DNA of 64,000 nucleotides, taken from positions 117,902 through 181,901 of the forward strand of contig CAVVOP010000032.1 of NCBI GenBank assembly GCA_963749915.1, given 5' to 3'. Shown here one piece after another: positions 9,885-20,806 of the stretch. Under the pieces are notes generated by a model. The model was not told where the DNA came from and ran no database searches. It saw only the letters and a program-made list of their open reading frames with translations. Within the stretch, counting starts at the first letter, position 1. Each line of letters starts with the position of its first letter. A program made the position numbers and the translations under genes. Origin of the DNA: an uncultured cyanobacterium (lineage in GTDB: Bacteria > Cyanobacteriota > Cyanobacteriia > Cyanobacteriales > Cyanobacteriaceae).

Positions 9885-10868
9885 ATGTTGATTTCCCGCG
9901 CACCCGTTAGGATTAGCTTTTTTGGGGGAGGCACTGATTATCCTGAGCATTTTTTACGTCATGGTGGTGCGGTTTTAGCCACTGCCATTGATAAATTCTG
10001 TTATCTTACCGCTAGTCCATTTCCTAGTCATTTATTCGACTATACTATGCGTTTGTCTTATCGTCAGGTAGAATTAGTCAAAAACCTAGCAGATATTGAA
10101 CACAATGTCTATCGCGAATGTTTAAAGTTTTGTGGTTTGGAGCGAGATATTGAGTTACATAATGTAGCTGATTTACCAGCTTTTACGGGATTGGGATCTT
10201 CTTCGACTTTTACCGTTGCACTACTTCACGCCCTCCACAGTTTTAAAGGGGAGTTTGTGCGCCCGTTAGATTTGGCTTATGAGGCGATTTATGTTGAAAG
10301 ACAGTTATTACAAGATCAAGTTGGTTGTCAGGATCAATTAATGGCGGCGGTGGGCGGTTTTAATTTGGTAGAATTTCGTACAGAAACTGATATTATTATC
10401 CATCGTCTGCCGATTTCCTCCCAAAGGTTAGCCGAGTTTGAGCAACATCTTTTCGTGCTATTTACAGGCATTAAAAGACGTGCGGCACAAGTAGTAGCCC
10501 ATCAGTTAGAAAAAGTAGTTGATAATACAAACACTTTAAAAGATATGCGGACAATGGTTGATGATGGTTGGAATATTCTTACTAGCAATCATCAGTGTTT
10601 TTCGGCTTTCGGGAACCTGTTACATCAGGCATGGATGGCGAAACGCAGTTTATCTTCGGTGATTTCTAGTCCTGAAATTGATCAACTTTATCAACAAGGC
10701 ATGGATGCTGGTGCATGGGGGGGAAAGTTGTTGGGTGCTGGTGCTGGGGGTTTTATTCTCTTTTTTGCACCTCCAGAGGCGCATCCTCGTTTAAAATCGG
10801 TTTTTAGGGATCGTCAAGTCTTGCAAGTGAAAGTTAACGCACCGGGTTCGGAAATAATTTTCTCATAA
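9885..10868 (+). CDS. GHMP sugar kinase (HddA-like heptose-7-phosphate kinase)
   Basis: RAPVRISFFGGGTDYP, DLPAFTGLGSSS, GCQDQ, GKLLGAGAGGF. Confidence 0.85.
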   Translation: MLISRAPVRISFFGGGTDYPEHFLRHGGAVLATAIDKFCYLTASPFPSHLFDYTMRLSYRQVELVKNLADIEHNVYRECLKFCGLERDIELHNVADLPAFTGLGSSSTFTVALLHALHSFKGEFVRPLDLAYEAIYVERQLLQDQVGCQDQLMAAVGGFNLVEFRTETDIIIHRLPISSQRLAEFEQHLFVLFTGIKRRAAQVVAHQLEKVVDNTNTLKDMRTMVDDGWNILTSNHQCFSAFGNLLHQAWMAKRSLSSVISSPEIDQLYQQGMDAGAWGGKLLGAGAGGFILFFAPPEAHPRLKSVFRDRQVLQVKVNAPGSEIIFS

Positions 10869-10905
10869 TTATTAAATAAATACCAATAAATTAAAATGTA
10901 ACTAT

Positions 10906-10937
10906 AAAAAAAGGGGCTATACTTAACCCCAATTTTT
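10906..10937. terminator. possible bidirectional terminator between the GHMP kinase and sigB
   Basis: A-run, GGGGcta...taaCCCC stem, T-run between convergent genes. Confidence 0.45.
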
Positions 10938-11000
10938 GTTTTCCCAGTGGAGGCTTTAGCCCTCATTTATAAACCTTAAAGGGCTAACTAAGAACTTAAT

Positions 11001-11999
11001 TTAGCTAGCGACAATATATTCCTTAACAGTACTACGTTTTTTCCGTAGATGTGCTAAGGCTTGTTGTTCTAATTGGCGCACTCTTTCTCGGCTAATGCAC
11101 ATTCTCTGGCCAATTTTGGCCAAAGATAATTCTTTACCGTCCTCCAAGCCGAATCTTAGTTTAACGACCTGTTGTTGTTGAGGTGTTAATTCTCCCAACA
11201 ATTTTTGTAAGTCTTGACGCATTAACTCTTGAGTAATATAGTTTTCAGGGGAAATACCGTTATCCTCCAATAATTCTGATAATTCGGTATCTTGATTATC
11301 CCCTACTTTCACATCTAGAGAGATGGGTTGACGGGCGATACTGAAATATTCGCGAATTTGAGCAGGTTCTAATTCTAAGGCTAGGGCAATTTCATTAGGA
11401 GAAGGACTTCTACCCAGTTTTTGAGACAATTCCCTCTGGGTTTTTTTGATTTTATTTAGTTTTTCTGTTATGTGAATGGGTAGGCGGATAGTTCTAGCTT
11501 GTTGGGCGATCGCTCTTGTAATAGCTTGACGAATCCACCAGTAAGCATAGGTGGAAAACTTAAAGCCTTTGGTCGGATCAAACTTTTCGACTCCTCTTTC
11601 TAAACCCAAACTTCCTTCTTGAATTAAATCCAAAAACTCCATGTTTCTCTTTTGATATTTTTTGGCGATGGCCACCACCAGACGTAAATTCGCCTCAATC
11701 ATTTTTTGTTTGGCACGTTTACCTTGATGAACAATTTTTTTAATTTCATTAGGACTTTTATCTAAGGCATTAGCCCATTCTTCCACAGTGGGTTCACGAT
11801 CTAATTGTTCCGCTAATTTTTCCTGTACATGGTACAAAGCCATCATTTGTTGTACTTGCTTTCCAAAAATAATTTCCTGTTCATGACTCAACAAGGGAAC
11901 CTTGCCGATTTCTTGCAGATAGGTACGCACCATATCTACTGTGCTGACTTTGCGTTTATCAATGTCATTTATTTTGGCGGTAACTTTGGCAGTGGACAT
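11001..11999 (-). CDS. sigB: group 2 RNA polymerase sigma factor (SigB-like)
   Basis: DMVRTYLQEIGKVPLL, ANLRLVVAIAKKYQKRNMEFLDLIQEG, FSTYAYWWIRQ. Confidence 0.85.
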   Translation of the reverse strand: MSTAKVTAKINDIDKRKVSTVDMVRTYLQEIGKVPLLSHEQEIIFGKQVQQMMALYHVQEKLAEQLDREPTVEEWANALDKSPNEIKKIVHQGKRAKQKMIEANLRLVVAIAKKYQKRNMEFLDLIQEGSLGLERGVEKFDPTKGFKFSTYAYWWIRQAITRAIAQQARTIRLPIHITEKLNKIKKTQRELSQKLGRSPSPNEIALALELEPAQIREYFSIARQPISLDVKVGDNQDTELSELLEDNGISPENYITQELMRQDLQKLLGELTPQQQQVVKLRFGLEDGKELSLAKIGQRMCISRERVRQLEQQALAHLRKKRSTVKEYIVAS

Positions 12000-12417
12000 A
12001 GGGCTTATATTCTCCTAACTTCAAGATCGATATTATTTTCAGAAACAAGATTGTTTGTACAAGCAACCTTGGTATTGATTCCATAGAAGTCGTAAATGAC
12101 TTGTACTAAGTGTTACTAGTTATTTTATTCCTTCTTTAGACGTTAATTTGTTAATAAAAGTTCATTTTTGAGATTTTTTTTGTGGTAGCCTATTAATTTG
12201 AGTCAATGATAAACTAAGCGTTTTGTAAATTTTCGTTACAACCTACTTATATGATGACGAATTTAAAATATAATTGTTACCCTAGTTAGTGAGTGATCAC
12301 CGAACCTGACATGAAATTGGACTAAGGAACATCCGAAGAATTTGGAGATCCCCATAGTGTTAGCATACCCAAAAATTCCTCGATAACTATCTTTCTTAAG
12401 GGAAATATCAGTAATTT

Positions 12418-13314
12418 TTAAACAATATTTACATTACATTTTTCACCAAAACCAAAACTGGTCGTTTTTTTTGTTTTCAATTGGTCGCCGATCTCCACAA
12501 TTCCATCATCTATAGCAATGAGATTTTGTCCAAACATAATTCCTTCGGATGTATTGCGAAAACTACTTAAAGTTAATAACGGTTCTTTTAGAGGGTTAAT
12601 CTTGCCGGTTTTTTGATCAGTGGTAATTACTATACAACGACTGCAAGGTTTAACGACCTCAAATTTAACTTTACCTATTTTAATCATCTTCCATGTATCT
12701 TCGATAAAAGGCTCTGAGGTTTCAACAACTATATTAGGACGAAAACGATCCATCGTAATCTGCAATTTTTCTTGGGGATATTTGTTCTCTAAACGTTGGT
12801 TTAATTCCTGCAAAGAAGCCGTATTTGTCAACAAAAAAGGAAAACCATCGGCAAAACTTACGGATTGGTTTTCTTGAGTACTATAGTTTGGATTAATTGC
12901 TCTGATATGATGGTCTGATTGTTGTACTAAACGACAAAAAATATCTATTTTTAAAGTATTTTTAAACCAATTTGCCACTTCATCTCCCTGATCAATAGCT
13001 ATAGTATGATCATGCCAAACATTAACTTTCATGGAGTTTTTATGGGTAGAAGGGATTAATTCAAAGGGTGATATACCACCATTTTTACTGCTTAAATATA
13101 GCTTAGATCCTTCTATTTTTACTCTAATAGTTGCCAGTTGTGGATATTGCCTTTGAGTTAAAAATTTGCCCTTTTCATCTACTAGCATAAATTGGCGATC
13201 ATAAAAAGTAGGTTGAAAAATATCTCGTAAACCTTTAGGGGTAATTTCTGCTTTAGTTAAACTAATTGCTTGGCAAGATTTAATGGGATAAAGAAAAATA
13301 CTGATGACCTTCAT
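12418..13314 (-). CDS. MOSC-domain protein (YcbX/mARC-like)
   Basis: YPIKSC, FADGFPFLL, RFRPNIVV, KPCSRC. Confidence 0.93.
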   Translation of the reverse strand: MKVISIFLYPIKSCQAISLTKAEITPKGLRDIFQPTFYDRQFMLVDEKGKFLTQRQYPQLATIRVKIEGSKLYLSSKNGGISPFELIPSTHKNSMKVNVWHDHTIAIDQGDEVANWFKNTLKIDIFCRLVQQSDHHIRAINPNYSTQENQSVSFADGFPFLLTNTASLQELNQRLENKYPQEKLQITMDRFRPNIVVETSEPFIEDTWKMIKIGKVKFEVVKPCSRCIVITTDQKTGKINPLKEPLLTLSSFRNTSEGIMFGQNLIAIDDGIVEIGDQLKTKKTTSFGFGEKCNVNIV

Positions 13315-13354
13315 AAGCTATTGTTTTTCTTTTATAATTAGCGTAAATAATAAG

Positions 13355-14008
13355 CTAACCTTGTTGTTTTTGTCCAAAGTCCAGTCCAATACGAGGTTCT
13401 GTCCCTGCCATAATTCGCTCAATATTACTACGATGTCTGATAATTACATATATGGCGGCAACGATCACAAAACTGATATAAGGTGTTGAAGGATTAAAAA
13501 TCCACATTAATATATTAACAGCGATGGCGGCACTGATGGAACTAAGGGAGACAATCTTGGAGACACCTAAAACCATTAAAAATACAGCCAGAGTGCCTAA
13601 CCCCACAAAAGGATTCATCATCAGCAAAATACCTAAACTAATGGCGGCGGATTTACCTCCAGAAAAGTTTAACCAAACAGATTTACTATGACCGATAACC
13701 GCTAATAATGCACAAATAGCTACTAACCATCCCTGCCACTGAGAAGGTAATAAATTTGAGTAGTTGTACAATAATTTAACTAAAAATACGGCTAATGCTC
13801 CTTTCAACATATCGATCAATAATACTGCGATGGCCGCCCCTTTGCCAACGGTTCTCAGTACATTAGTCGCCCCCGTAGAACCTGAGCCATGTTGACGAAT
13901 ATCAATACCTTTTAGCATACGTGCCAACATATAACCCGTAGGAATAGAACCGAGTAGATAAGCTAATAAAATTAAGCTGAAACTAATTAAAATAGGAGAA
14001 GTCATCAT
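13355..14008 (-). CDS. plsY: glycerol-3-phosphate acyltransferase PlsY
   Basis: AYLLGSIP, GSGSTGATNVLR, GGKS, RHRSNI. Confidence 0.96.
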   Translation of the reverse strand: MMTSPILISFSLILLAYLLGSIPTGYMLARMLKGIDIRQHGSGSTGATNVLRTVGKGAAIAVLLIDMLKGALAVFLVKLLYNYSNLLPSQWQGWLVAICALLAVIGHSKSVWLNFSGGKSAAISLGILLMMNPFVGLGTLAVFLMVLGVSKIVSLSSISAAIAVNILMWIFNPSTPYISFVIVAAIYVIIRHRSNIERIMAGTEPRIGLDFGQKQQG

Positions 14009-14135
14009 AAAGCCAAATACGATCTCAATCTATTGTTAAGAATAATTGTAACTGCCTAGGTCATTAAATTTTTTGTGTTCCCCTCGGCAGTTAGGAGATG
14101 AGGAGAAAATAAAATATATCTTCTTTCATGACAAG

Positions 14136-16154
14136 TTATTTAACTAGATCAACAAGGGGTGAACTAGCTGAAGCATAAGTTTTTACAGGGATACGTCCGG
14201 CTTCATAGGCGAGTCTTCCTGCTTGGGTGGCTAATCCGATGGCTTTTGCCATTTTAACAGGATTGCCCGCTAAGGCGATGGCACTATTAATTAATAAGGC
14301 ATCTGCACCCAATTCCATGCCCAAAGCTGCTTCGCTAGGTGTGCCAATTCCCGCATCAATTACCACAGGAATTGTGCTTTGTTCGATAATAATTTTAATA
14401 TTAGCTAAATTTTGAATACCCTGTCCTGAACCGATGGGCGATCCTAAAGGCATAACGGTAGCACAGCCAACCTCTTCTAATCTTTTGCAAAGGAGAGGAT
14501 CTGCATTTATATAGGGTAACACCGCAAAACCTTCTTTTACCAACTGTTCTGCCGCTTGTAGCGTACCGACGGGATCTGGTAGTAAATATTTAGCATCGGG
14601 AATAACCTCCAATTTGATGAAATTATTGTCTTCCTGCCCCAGTAATTTCGCCATTTCTCTACCTAAACGAGCTACCCTCATTGCCTCTTCGGCATTGGTG
14701 CATCCTGCTGTATTGGGCAACATCCAGATTTTATTCCAATCGAGGGCTTCTGCTAACCCTTCATGACCCGGGGCGTTGGTTTGTACTCTACGCACGGCAA
14801 CGGTTACGATTTCGCAACCACTGGCGATAACGCTTTGTTGCATAGATTCGATACTGGGATATTTTCCTGTACCTGTCATCAAGCGAGACTTAAATTTACG
14901 TCCGGCAATGATTAAACTATCATCATCAGTATTACCGTTAAATATTTCCGCAGAATTAGAGGTTAGGAGATTATTATTTGCATTTTTAGGGGAAAAATAA
15001 TCTGAATCGGCTTTGGTTGGGCTTAAATTGCTTCCATTATTGCTCAACTTGCCATTTGGGGGATTACTGGCAGTAGGATAAGTCATAATTTGTGGCTGAG
15101 ATTTGTTGAATCGTTGATAACTAAAATGTTTTAATAAAGGATCACTATGTTGATCAACTACTAAGTTACTTATTAATTTAGCGGTAATGGGTGCAAGTAG
15201 GATACCATTACGATGATGTCCTGTGGCGAAAACCAAGTTATCAGCGTCACCATGGCCTAAAATGGGCATTTCATCGGCTGTAGCGGGGCGAAAACCATAC
15301 CAAATTTCGTCTAATTGCCATTGGGAAACAGGAGGATATAAACGAATGGCCCGATTTAGCAGTGTGCTTATGCCTTCAGCAGTGTTGCCTTCCATCCAAC
15401 CTATATCTTCAGAAGTTGCACCCACAATTAAACGCCCGTCTTTTTTTGGCACTAAGTAAGTGTTTTCGCCAAAAATGACTCTTTCTAAGGGGTTTTCTGA
15501 GGCTATCTTTAAACTTAGCATTTGCCCTTTTAAGGGTCGCACAGGGAGAGGAAATAGTTTACTTGACCATGCCCCACTAGCCAATATATAGGTATCGGCG
15601 GAAAATATACCAGACTTAGTGAGAATATTCTTGATTCTACATTGATGACGAGTAAAAGCGATGGCCTCTACACCTTCTTTGATATCGACTCCCAATGATT
15701 GGGCTACATTTAATAATACCCTACCCACACGACGAGGATCGACTTGTCCTTCTTCGGGGTACCAGTAACCCCCCAAAACCTCTTCTCCGAGGTGAGGTTG
15801 ATATAGTTGAATGGTGTCTTTATCTAACCAGTTATCATTAATAGTTGAGGGTTCCTGGTAAACGGGGGCGATGATACCACAAGGATTATAGTCTATATCT
15901 TCTCCGCTTAACTGCTCTAATTTTCCTGCCCATTCGGGATACAGGGCAAGGGATAAATCAGCTAAATCTACCATAGCACCTTGGGGTAACTGTTCGGCTC
16001 TTGGTGCTAACATTCCTGCGGCGGCGTTGGTGGCGGCTTGGGGGAAATTTTTACTTAAGACTGTCACCCCTAATCCTTTTAATTTTAACTCGAGGGCGAT
16101 GGCAAGTCCAATAATACCGCCGCCAATAATAATAATTTCGTTGCTAGTTTTCAT
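14136..16154 (-). CDS. thiO-thiG: fused glycine oxidase ThiO / thiazole synthase ThiG
   Basis: N-terminal [28 protein letters not shown]-terminal [32 protein letters not shown]. Confidence 0.95.
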   Translation of the reverse strand: MKTSNEIIIIGGGIIGLAIALELKLKGLGVTVLSKNFPQAATNAAAGMLAPRAEQLPQGAMVDLADLSLALYPEWAGKLEQLSGEDIDYNPCGIIAPVYQEPSTINDNWLDKDTIQLYQPHLGEEVLGGYWYPEEGQVDPRRVGRVLLNVAQSLGVDIKEGVEAIAFTRHQCRIKNILTKSGIFSADTYILASGAWSSKLFPLPVRPLKGQMLSLKIASENPLERVIFGENTYLVPKKDGRLIVGATSEDIGWMEGNTAEGISTLLNRAIRLYPPVSQWQLDEIWYGFRPATADEMPILGHGDADNLVFATGHHRNGILLAPITAKLISNLVVDQHSDPLLKHFSYQRFNKSQPQIMTYPTASNPPNGKLSNNGSNLSPTKADSDYFSPKNANNNLLTSNSAEIFNGNTDDDSLIIAGRKFKSRLMTGTGKYPSIESMQQSVIASGCEIVTVAVRRVQTNAPGHEGLAEALDWNKIWMLPNTAGCTNAEEAMRVARLGREMAKLLGQEDNNFIKLEVIPDAKYLLPDPVGTLQAAEQLVKEGFAVLPYINADPLLCKRLEEVGCATVMPLGSPIGSGQGIQNLANIKIIIEQSTIPVVIDAGIGTPSEAALGMELGADALLINSAIALAGNPVKMAKAIGLATQAGRLAYEAGRIPVKTYASASSPLVDLVK

Positions 16155-16272
16155 AATCGATAATTAACATATACTCGATATCTTAACATTGCCCCCGCAC
16201 TGTATTAAAGTAGGAGAGGAAGAGTAAATATCTTGATCAATGTGAGTTAAATGCGTCTTAGCTTAATAATTT

Positions 16273-16587
16273 CTAGTCCCAATCAAACAGAGGATCTTTT
16301 TCTTCATCAAAATCCCTATTAAGCTGTTTATTTTTTCTCTTATTTTGATTATATTTGGGAGTTTTTTTCTGATATTTATTTCCACCAAACAATAAAGGAA
16401 TAATTGCCCCAATTATAAAGCCTAAAGTTAAAGCAAAAGCAAATAAAACACCTATAGGAATTTTAATAGATTCTAACCAGAAAAATTTTAGACTAACTAA
16501 TGTTATATTCTGAATAGAAAATACAGCTATTAAATTAATCCAAAATCCCACTATCAAGCTAATAATAATTTGTTTTATTCTATTCAT
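16273..16587 (-). CDS. small membrane protein (LapA/DUF1049-like)
   Basis: FSIQN...VSLKF...IPIG motif, two TM segments, acidic W-containing tail. Confidence 0.7.
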   Translation of the reverse strand: MNRIKQIIISLIVGFWINLIAVFSIQNITLVSLKFFWLESIKIPIGVLFAFALTLGFIIGAIIPLLFGGNKYQKKTPKYNQNKRKNKQLNRDFDEEKDPLFDWD

Positions 16588-16611
16588 TGTCTCTAGCTTA
16601 ATTCTTTTTGT

Positions 16612-16648
16612 AAAAAAAGGTTGGGTTCGCGACAGTGTAACCCAACCT
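16612..16648 (-). terminator. Rho-independent terminator after pgi
   Basis: 10-bp stem AGGTTGGGTT/AACCCAACCT followed by a U-run on the minus strand. Confidence 0.7.
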
Positions 16649-16652
16649 AAGG

Positions 16653-18245
16653 TTAACTGCGTGTTACTCGCAAACTATTGGGTAAAGTACGATCGCCTGT
16701 TAGAATAATTCCTCGATCATTTGCTGATAAATGTCGTAAAATCTTGTAAATTGACTCTATATCTTCTAATTTACCTAAATTTATGGCAATATCCCTGATA
16801 GTAACAGCATTAGTGGTGTTTTTGACTAAATTTAATATCTCCGTTTGTAAACTTAAAATCGAGGCAGCGGCTTTTTTCCCTGCCTCCACACCTGGTTGAT
16901 GATAGGCATTAATGTTAACAAGATAAGCATAAATACCTACTGCTCTTTCATAAAGGGCAATCAACGCACCCACAATGCGAGGGGTTACTTGATTAACTGT
17001 GACGGTAATGGAATCCCTACCGTTATCATATAAGGCTTTGCGGGTGCCTTGCAATAAACCAGAGAGATAGTCACCGCTAGTAATATGCGTTTCTAATTCG
17101 AAGGATTTTCCGTCTCTATCCTTTAATACTTCAATAAAGGTGACAAAAAAGTTAGCTATGCCTTCCCGTAATTGTTGAACATAGGCGTGTTGATCTGTTG
17201 ATCCTTTGTTACCATAAACAGCGAGACCTTGAAAAACTGTGTTACCGTCTAAGTCTTTTTCTTTGCCGAGGGATTCCATGACCAATTGTTGTAAATAACG
17301 GCTAAACAGCAAGAGACTGTCCTTATAAGGCAATATTACCATGTCTTTTTCTCCCTTGCCTTTTCCAGCATAATACCAAGCCAAAGCGAGTAAGGCGGCA
17401 GGATTTTTTTTGACATCTGTTTCCCTGGTGGCAATATCCATTTCTTTTGCACCTTCTAACATCTCGTCAATGTCAATGCCTTCTAACACTGCAGGTAATA
17501 AACCAACGGCGGATAATTCAGAAGTGCGCCCTCCTACCCAGTCAAACATGGGGATGCAAGCCAACCAATTTTCCTCTTTGACAACGTGATAAAGTTTGCT
17601 ACTGTTGTCCATCATGGTGATGGCTACGGCATGACGAGAAAAGTCTAATCCCTTTTGAGAGTAGGCATTTTTCACCTCTAACATTCCGTTGCGGGTTTCG
17701 GGTGTGCCTCCGGATTTGCTAATGACTAATACTAAGGTACTTTTTAATTTATTTCCTAATTTAGCTAAAACTCGATCGATTCCCGTCGGATCTGTGTTAT
17801 CTATAAAATGGATGTTTAAACTGGGGTTAATGGGTGCTAAAGCCTGAGAAACGAATTGGGGACCTAAAGCCGAACCTCCGATACCTATGGAGAGTAAATC
17901 GGTGAATTTTTCTCCTTGAGGCGTGGTTATCGTGCCTGAATGGATTTTTTTTGCAAATTGCTTGATTTCTACCAAACCGTTAATGATTTCTTCCTTAATT
18001 TTTTGAGTAGGGGCAATGTCAGGATTTCTTAACCAATAATGCCCTACCATGCGTTTTTCATCAGGATTGGCGATCGCACCCTGTTCTAGTTTAGCCATAG
18101 AATCAAAGGCGAAGGCTAATTTGGGTTTCATAGAACTATAAAAATCATCATCAAAACCCATGCGACTGATATCAACATAAATTTCTAAACCTTGATGATA
18201 ATAAAGCCAATCTAGATAGCGTTGCCAAAGTTGTAAATTATCCAT
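16653..18245 (-). CDS. pgi: glucose-6-phosphate isomerase
   Basis: [46 protein letters not shown]. Confidence 0.97.
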   Translation of the reverse strand: MDNLQLWQRYLDWLYYHQGLEIYVDISRMGFDDDFYSSMKPKLAFAFDSMAKLEQGAIANPDEKRMVGHYWLRNPDIAPTQKIKEEIINGLVEIKQFAKKIHSGTITTPQGEKFTDLLSIGIGGSALGPQFVSQALAPINPSLNIHFIDNTDPTGIDRVLAKLGNKLKSTLVLVISKSGGTPETRNGMLEVKNAYSQKGLDFSRHAVAITMMDNSSKLYHVVKEENWLACIPMFDWVGGRTSELSAVGLLPAVLEGIDIDEMLEGAKEMDIATRETDVKKNPAALLALAWYYAGKGKGEKDMVILPYKDSLLLFSRYLQQLVMESLGKEKDLDGNTVFQGLAVYGNKGSTDQHAYVQQLREGIANFFVTFIEVLKDRDGKSFELETHITSGDYLSGLLQGTRKALYDNGRDSITVTVNQVTPRIVGALIALYERAVGIYAYLVNINAYHQPGVEAGKKAAASILSLQTEILNLVKNTTNAVTIRDIAINLGKLEDIESIYKILRHLSANDRGIILTGDRTLPNSLRVTRS

Positions 18246-18381
18246 AAATAACAGTCATAATATGTTCTCATTCTTTCATTATCATAGACTTTGAATCGTC
18301 AACCATGAACAATTAATAATTAATTAATGTGTATAGTTTAAAAAAAAATAATAGTGTTCTAGGGGAAAGATAAATTAATTG

Positions 18382-18583
18382 TCATACTTGTCTATTAGTA
18401 AATGTATTATGATCAGACTCCCCATTAAACTCAACTAAACTAGACTCCCATTTGACTAAAGTGTTGGCAAATATTTCTTTTAAACGCTTTAATATTTCTG
18501 GGGAGATTGCTTTTCTACGATATTTAGTCCCCAAAACAACATGAGCAGTAAGTTTATAGACAGATCTAAAACCTTTATGATAA
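18382..18583 (-). pseudogene. tnpA: IS200/IS605 TnpA (Y1 HUH transposase) fragment
   Basis: HKGFRSVYKLTAHVVLGTKYRRK...EFNGESDH, broken at the HUH motif. Confidence 0.85.
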
Positions 18584-18703
18584 GCGAAAGGTAACGGCTT
18601 TCCCAGATTTAAAAAGAAGATGAGAAGCTTTGTTTTTCCCGCCATGGTTAAAAATTGTTTGGGTCAAGGAAAGGTAAAGCTACCACAATTAGGATGGCTA
18701 TAA
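18584..18703 (+). pseudogene. tnpB: IS605 TnpB internal fragment
   Basis: Hand-translated AKGNGFPRFKKKMRSFVFPAMVKNCLGQGKVKLPQLGWL*. Confidence 0.75.
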
Positions 18704-18810
18704 TAGAAAGCTAAAAATATTTAAAATCTTGTCAGAACGTTATCGAAATAGAAGAAAAAGGTTTGGTTTAAGATTTAATTGCTGACATTTATAATTATGA
18801 ACTCCAAACA
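18702..18810 (+). pseudogene. IS5-family (IS702-like) transposase C-terminal fragment
   Basis: NRKLKIFKILSERYRNRRKRFGLRFN, frameshift, then IADIYNYEL. Confidence 0.75.
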
Positions 18811-19042
18811 AAATCTATTTAACTATCTGAAAGTTTCCGATAATTATTATGGTTAATTTCTGATTTTTTTTCTATTAATAATTATTTTTTCTTGATTTTT
18901 GAGAATAACATAAGTATTTTTTATGCCTTAAGTCCTGATTCAACTAATTTTGACGATTTTTGTTTTTGGCGATCGCTATAAGTCTTGAAAAATAACCATT
19001 TAACTAAACCTTCCCAGTCTGGTTTTTCCTTTTGCCCATTGA

Positions 19043-19075
19043 TTTCATCCTGATTTCATATTTGCCAATTATACT
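19043..19075 (+). promoter_or_regulatory. CopR/RppA-type direct-repeat box plus -10 (box 1)
   Basis: TTTCATCCTGATTTCAT (19043-19059), 10 bp, TATACT (19070-19075). Confidence 0.75.
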
Positions 19076-19123
19076 AAGGTGTCATTAACCAAAAAATCAG
19101 ATCCAAACTTGAAATAGAGAATC

Positions 19124-20764
19124 ATGCGTTTGTTACTGAAAAATATAGGACGAGTTCTTTTTAACCAAAAAACTTTGGGGTTAGGAGTTTTCACTGTCTT
19201 GACAGGAGGAATTCTTCTTGTTAGCGATCAATTCAAGTCGGTATCTTCCACAATGGATCACAGTGGACATAATATGTCTCATGATGAAATGATGGCAGTA
19301 GATGGTTCTTTTAATCCCACTCCTGTTACCGTTGAAGTTGTTAAACCTAAATTATTACAAGCTAGTGTACAGTACACAGGAACTATTGAACCCTATCAAG
19401 TGGTTACGGTTTATCCAAGAGTAGCGGGACAATTAACCGATTATTCTATTTATGTGGGCGATCGCATCACAGCAGGTCAAACCATAGCTAATCTGAGTGC
19501 CAATGAATTATTAACCGAAGTCTCCGAAGCTCAAGCGGAAACCGAGACTATGGGAACTGCTTTAGAAGTAAGTCGGATGGAAGTTTTAGAACAGAAAAAT
19601 GCGATTAAACAAATTGAAGCAGATCTAGCTTATTTAGGGAAAAAATTAGACCGATTTGCCCTGTTAGTTGCAGAAGGGGCGATAGCCCAAGATGATTATG
19701 ATCTGGTGGAAAGTGAAGTTCAATCCAAAAAGGCTAATTTGGCGGAAGCCAAGGTTAAACTCTCCCGTTTAGAAGCAAAAGTGGTGAATGATCAAGCTAA
19801 AATTCAACAAGCTCAGACTAAGGTTGCCACAGCTTCAACCATGTCAAATTACACAGAAATTAAATCTCCCATCACTGGTATTGTCCAGGAAAGAATTATG
19901 GATCCGGGGATGGTAGTACAACCGGGAATGGGAATTTTGCAGATTGGCGATTATAGTCGTATTCGTTTGCAAGCTAATGTAGCTCAACAAGATGCAGTAA
20001 ATATTCGTCTGGGTTCTCCCATTACAGCGAAAATTTTCGGTACTGACCTTACCATCAAAGGGCAAGTTAGTAGTATTTTTCCGCAAACCAATAGTGAAAC
20101 TCGTACCGTTACGGTAGAATCAATCGTTAATAATCCTAGTGGAAAGTTACTTTCAGGGCAATTTATTGACATGGAGATTATTACTCAAAGTCAGCCCTAT
20201 GCTATAACAGTACCTCAGTCGGCAGTAATCACCTTTGAAGATAGCCCTGCGGTTTGGGTAGTAGTAGAAGATACTGCCCGTCGGCAGAAAGTAAAGTTAG
20301 GCATGATTAGTGGCAATCGCATTCAAGTCACTCAAGGTTTACAACGGGGAGATGTCGTAATTACTACAGGACATCATAAATTAATTGAAAACTCCTTGGT
20401 GAAAGTAGTCAATGAAGGGCAAGATGATTTAATTTCCCTGAGGACAAAGGAAAATAAAGATAGTGTTGCTATCAAATTGGTTAGCCCGGCAGAAGTAAAA
20501 ATTGGGGATGCAGAGTTTATGTTTAAAATTGTCGATAGCAAAACCCAAAAACCCTTAAAGATTGAAAATCTGGACATAAAAGCAACGATGCCAATGAAAA
20601 ATATGGCTCCAATGACAGCCAAAGTAGAAGTTAAACCTGAATCAGAAACAGGGCAATTTCTCGCTGAAACCTTTTTAGGTATGAAAGGAAAGTGGATAAT
20701 TTCTGTAGCCATAAAAGATTCTGATTATCAAGGAAAACAAGATTTTGACATCGAAGTTCGTTAA
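19124..20764 (+). CDS. RND periplasmic adaptor (CusB/CzcB-like) with His/Met-rich N-terminus and C-terminal YtkA/FixH-like domain
   Basis: TM anchor, MDHSGHNMSHDEMM, lipoyl/coiled-coil hairpin, IKSPITGIV, IFPQTNSETRT; C-terminal ATMPM...FLGMKGKW. Confidence 0.88.
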   Translation: MRLLLKNIGRVLFNQKTLGLGVFTVLTGGILLVSDQFKSVSSTMDHSGHNMSHDEMMAVDGSFNPTPVTVEVVKPKLLQASVQYTGTIEPYQVVTVYPRVAGQLTDYSIYVGDRITAGQTIANLSANELLTEVSEAQAETETMGTALEVSRMEVLEQKNAIKQIEADLAYLGKKLDRFALLVAEGAIAQDDYDLVESEVQSKKANLAEAKVKLSRLEAKVVNDQAKIQQAQTKVATASTMSNYTEIKSPITGIVQERIMDPGMVVQPGMGILQIGDYSRIRLQANVAQQDAVNIRLGSPITAKIFGTDLTIKGQVSSIFPQTNSETRTVTVESIVNNPSGKLLSGQFIDMEIITQSQPYAITVPQSAVITFEDSPAVWVVVEDTARRQKVKLGMISGNRIQVTQGLQRGDVVITTGHHKLIENSLVKVVNEGQDDLISLRTKENKDSVAIKLVSPAEVKIGDAEFMFKIVDSKTQKPLKIENLDIKATMPMKNMAPMTAKVEVKPESETGQFLAETFLGMKGKWIISVAIKDSDYQGKQDFDIEVR

Positions 20765-20806
20765 GTTGAAATAATTGTCAATTGTAATTATTAAAAATAG
20801 TAAATT

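Noticed and set aside
12224..12240. NtcA site upstream of sigB (TGTAAATTTTCGTTACA)
   Set aside because: Spacing is GTA-N9-TAC, not N8
18584..18645. N-terminal part of ORF 18382-18645 as TnpA
   Set aside because: It is the antisense of the tnpB fragment, in frame by chance
18910..19035. Short open frame or IS end upstream of box 1
   Set aside because: No start codon, no partner inverted repeat, no recognisable family
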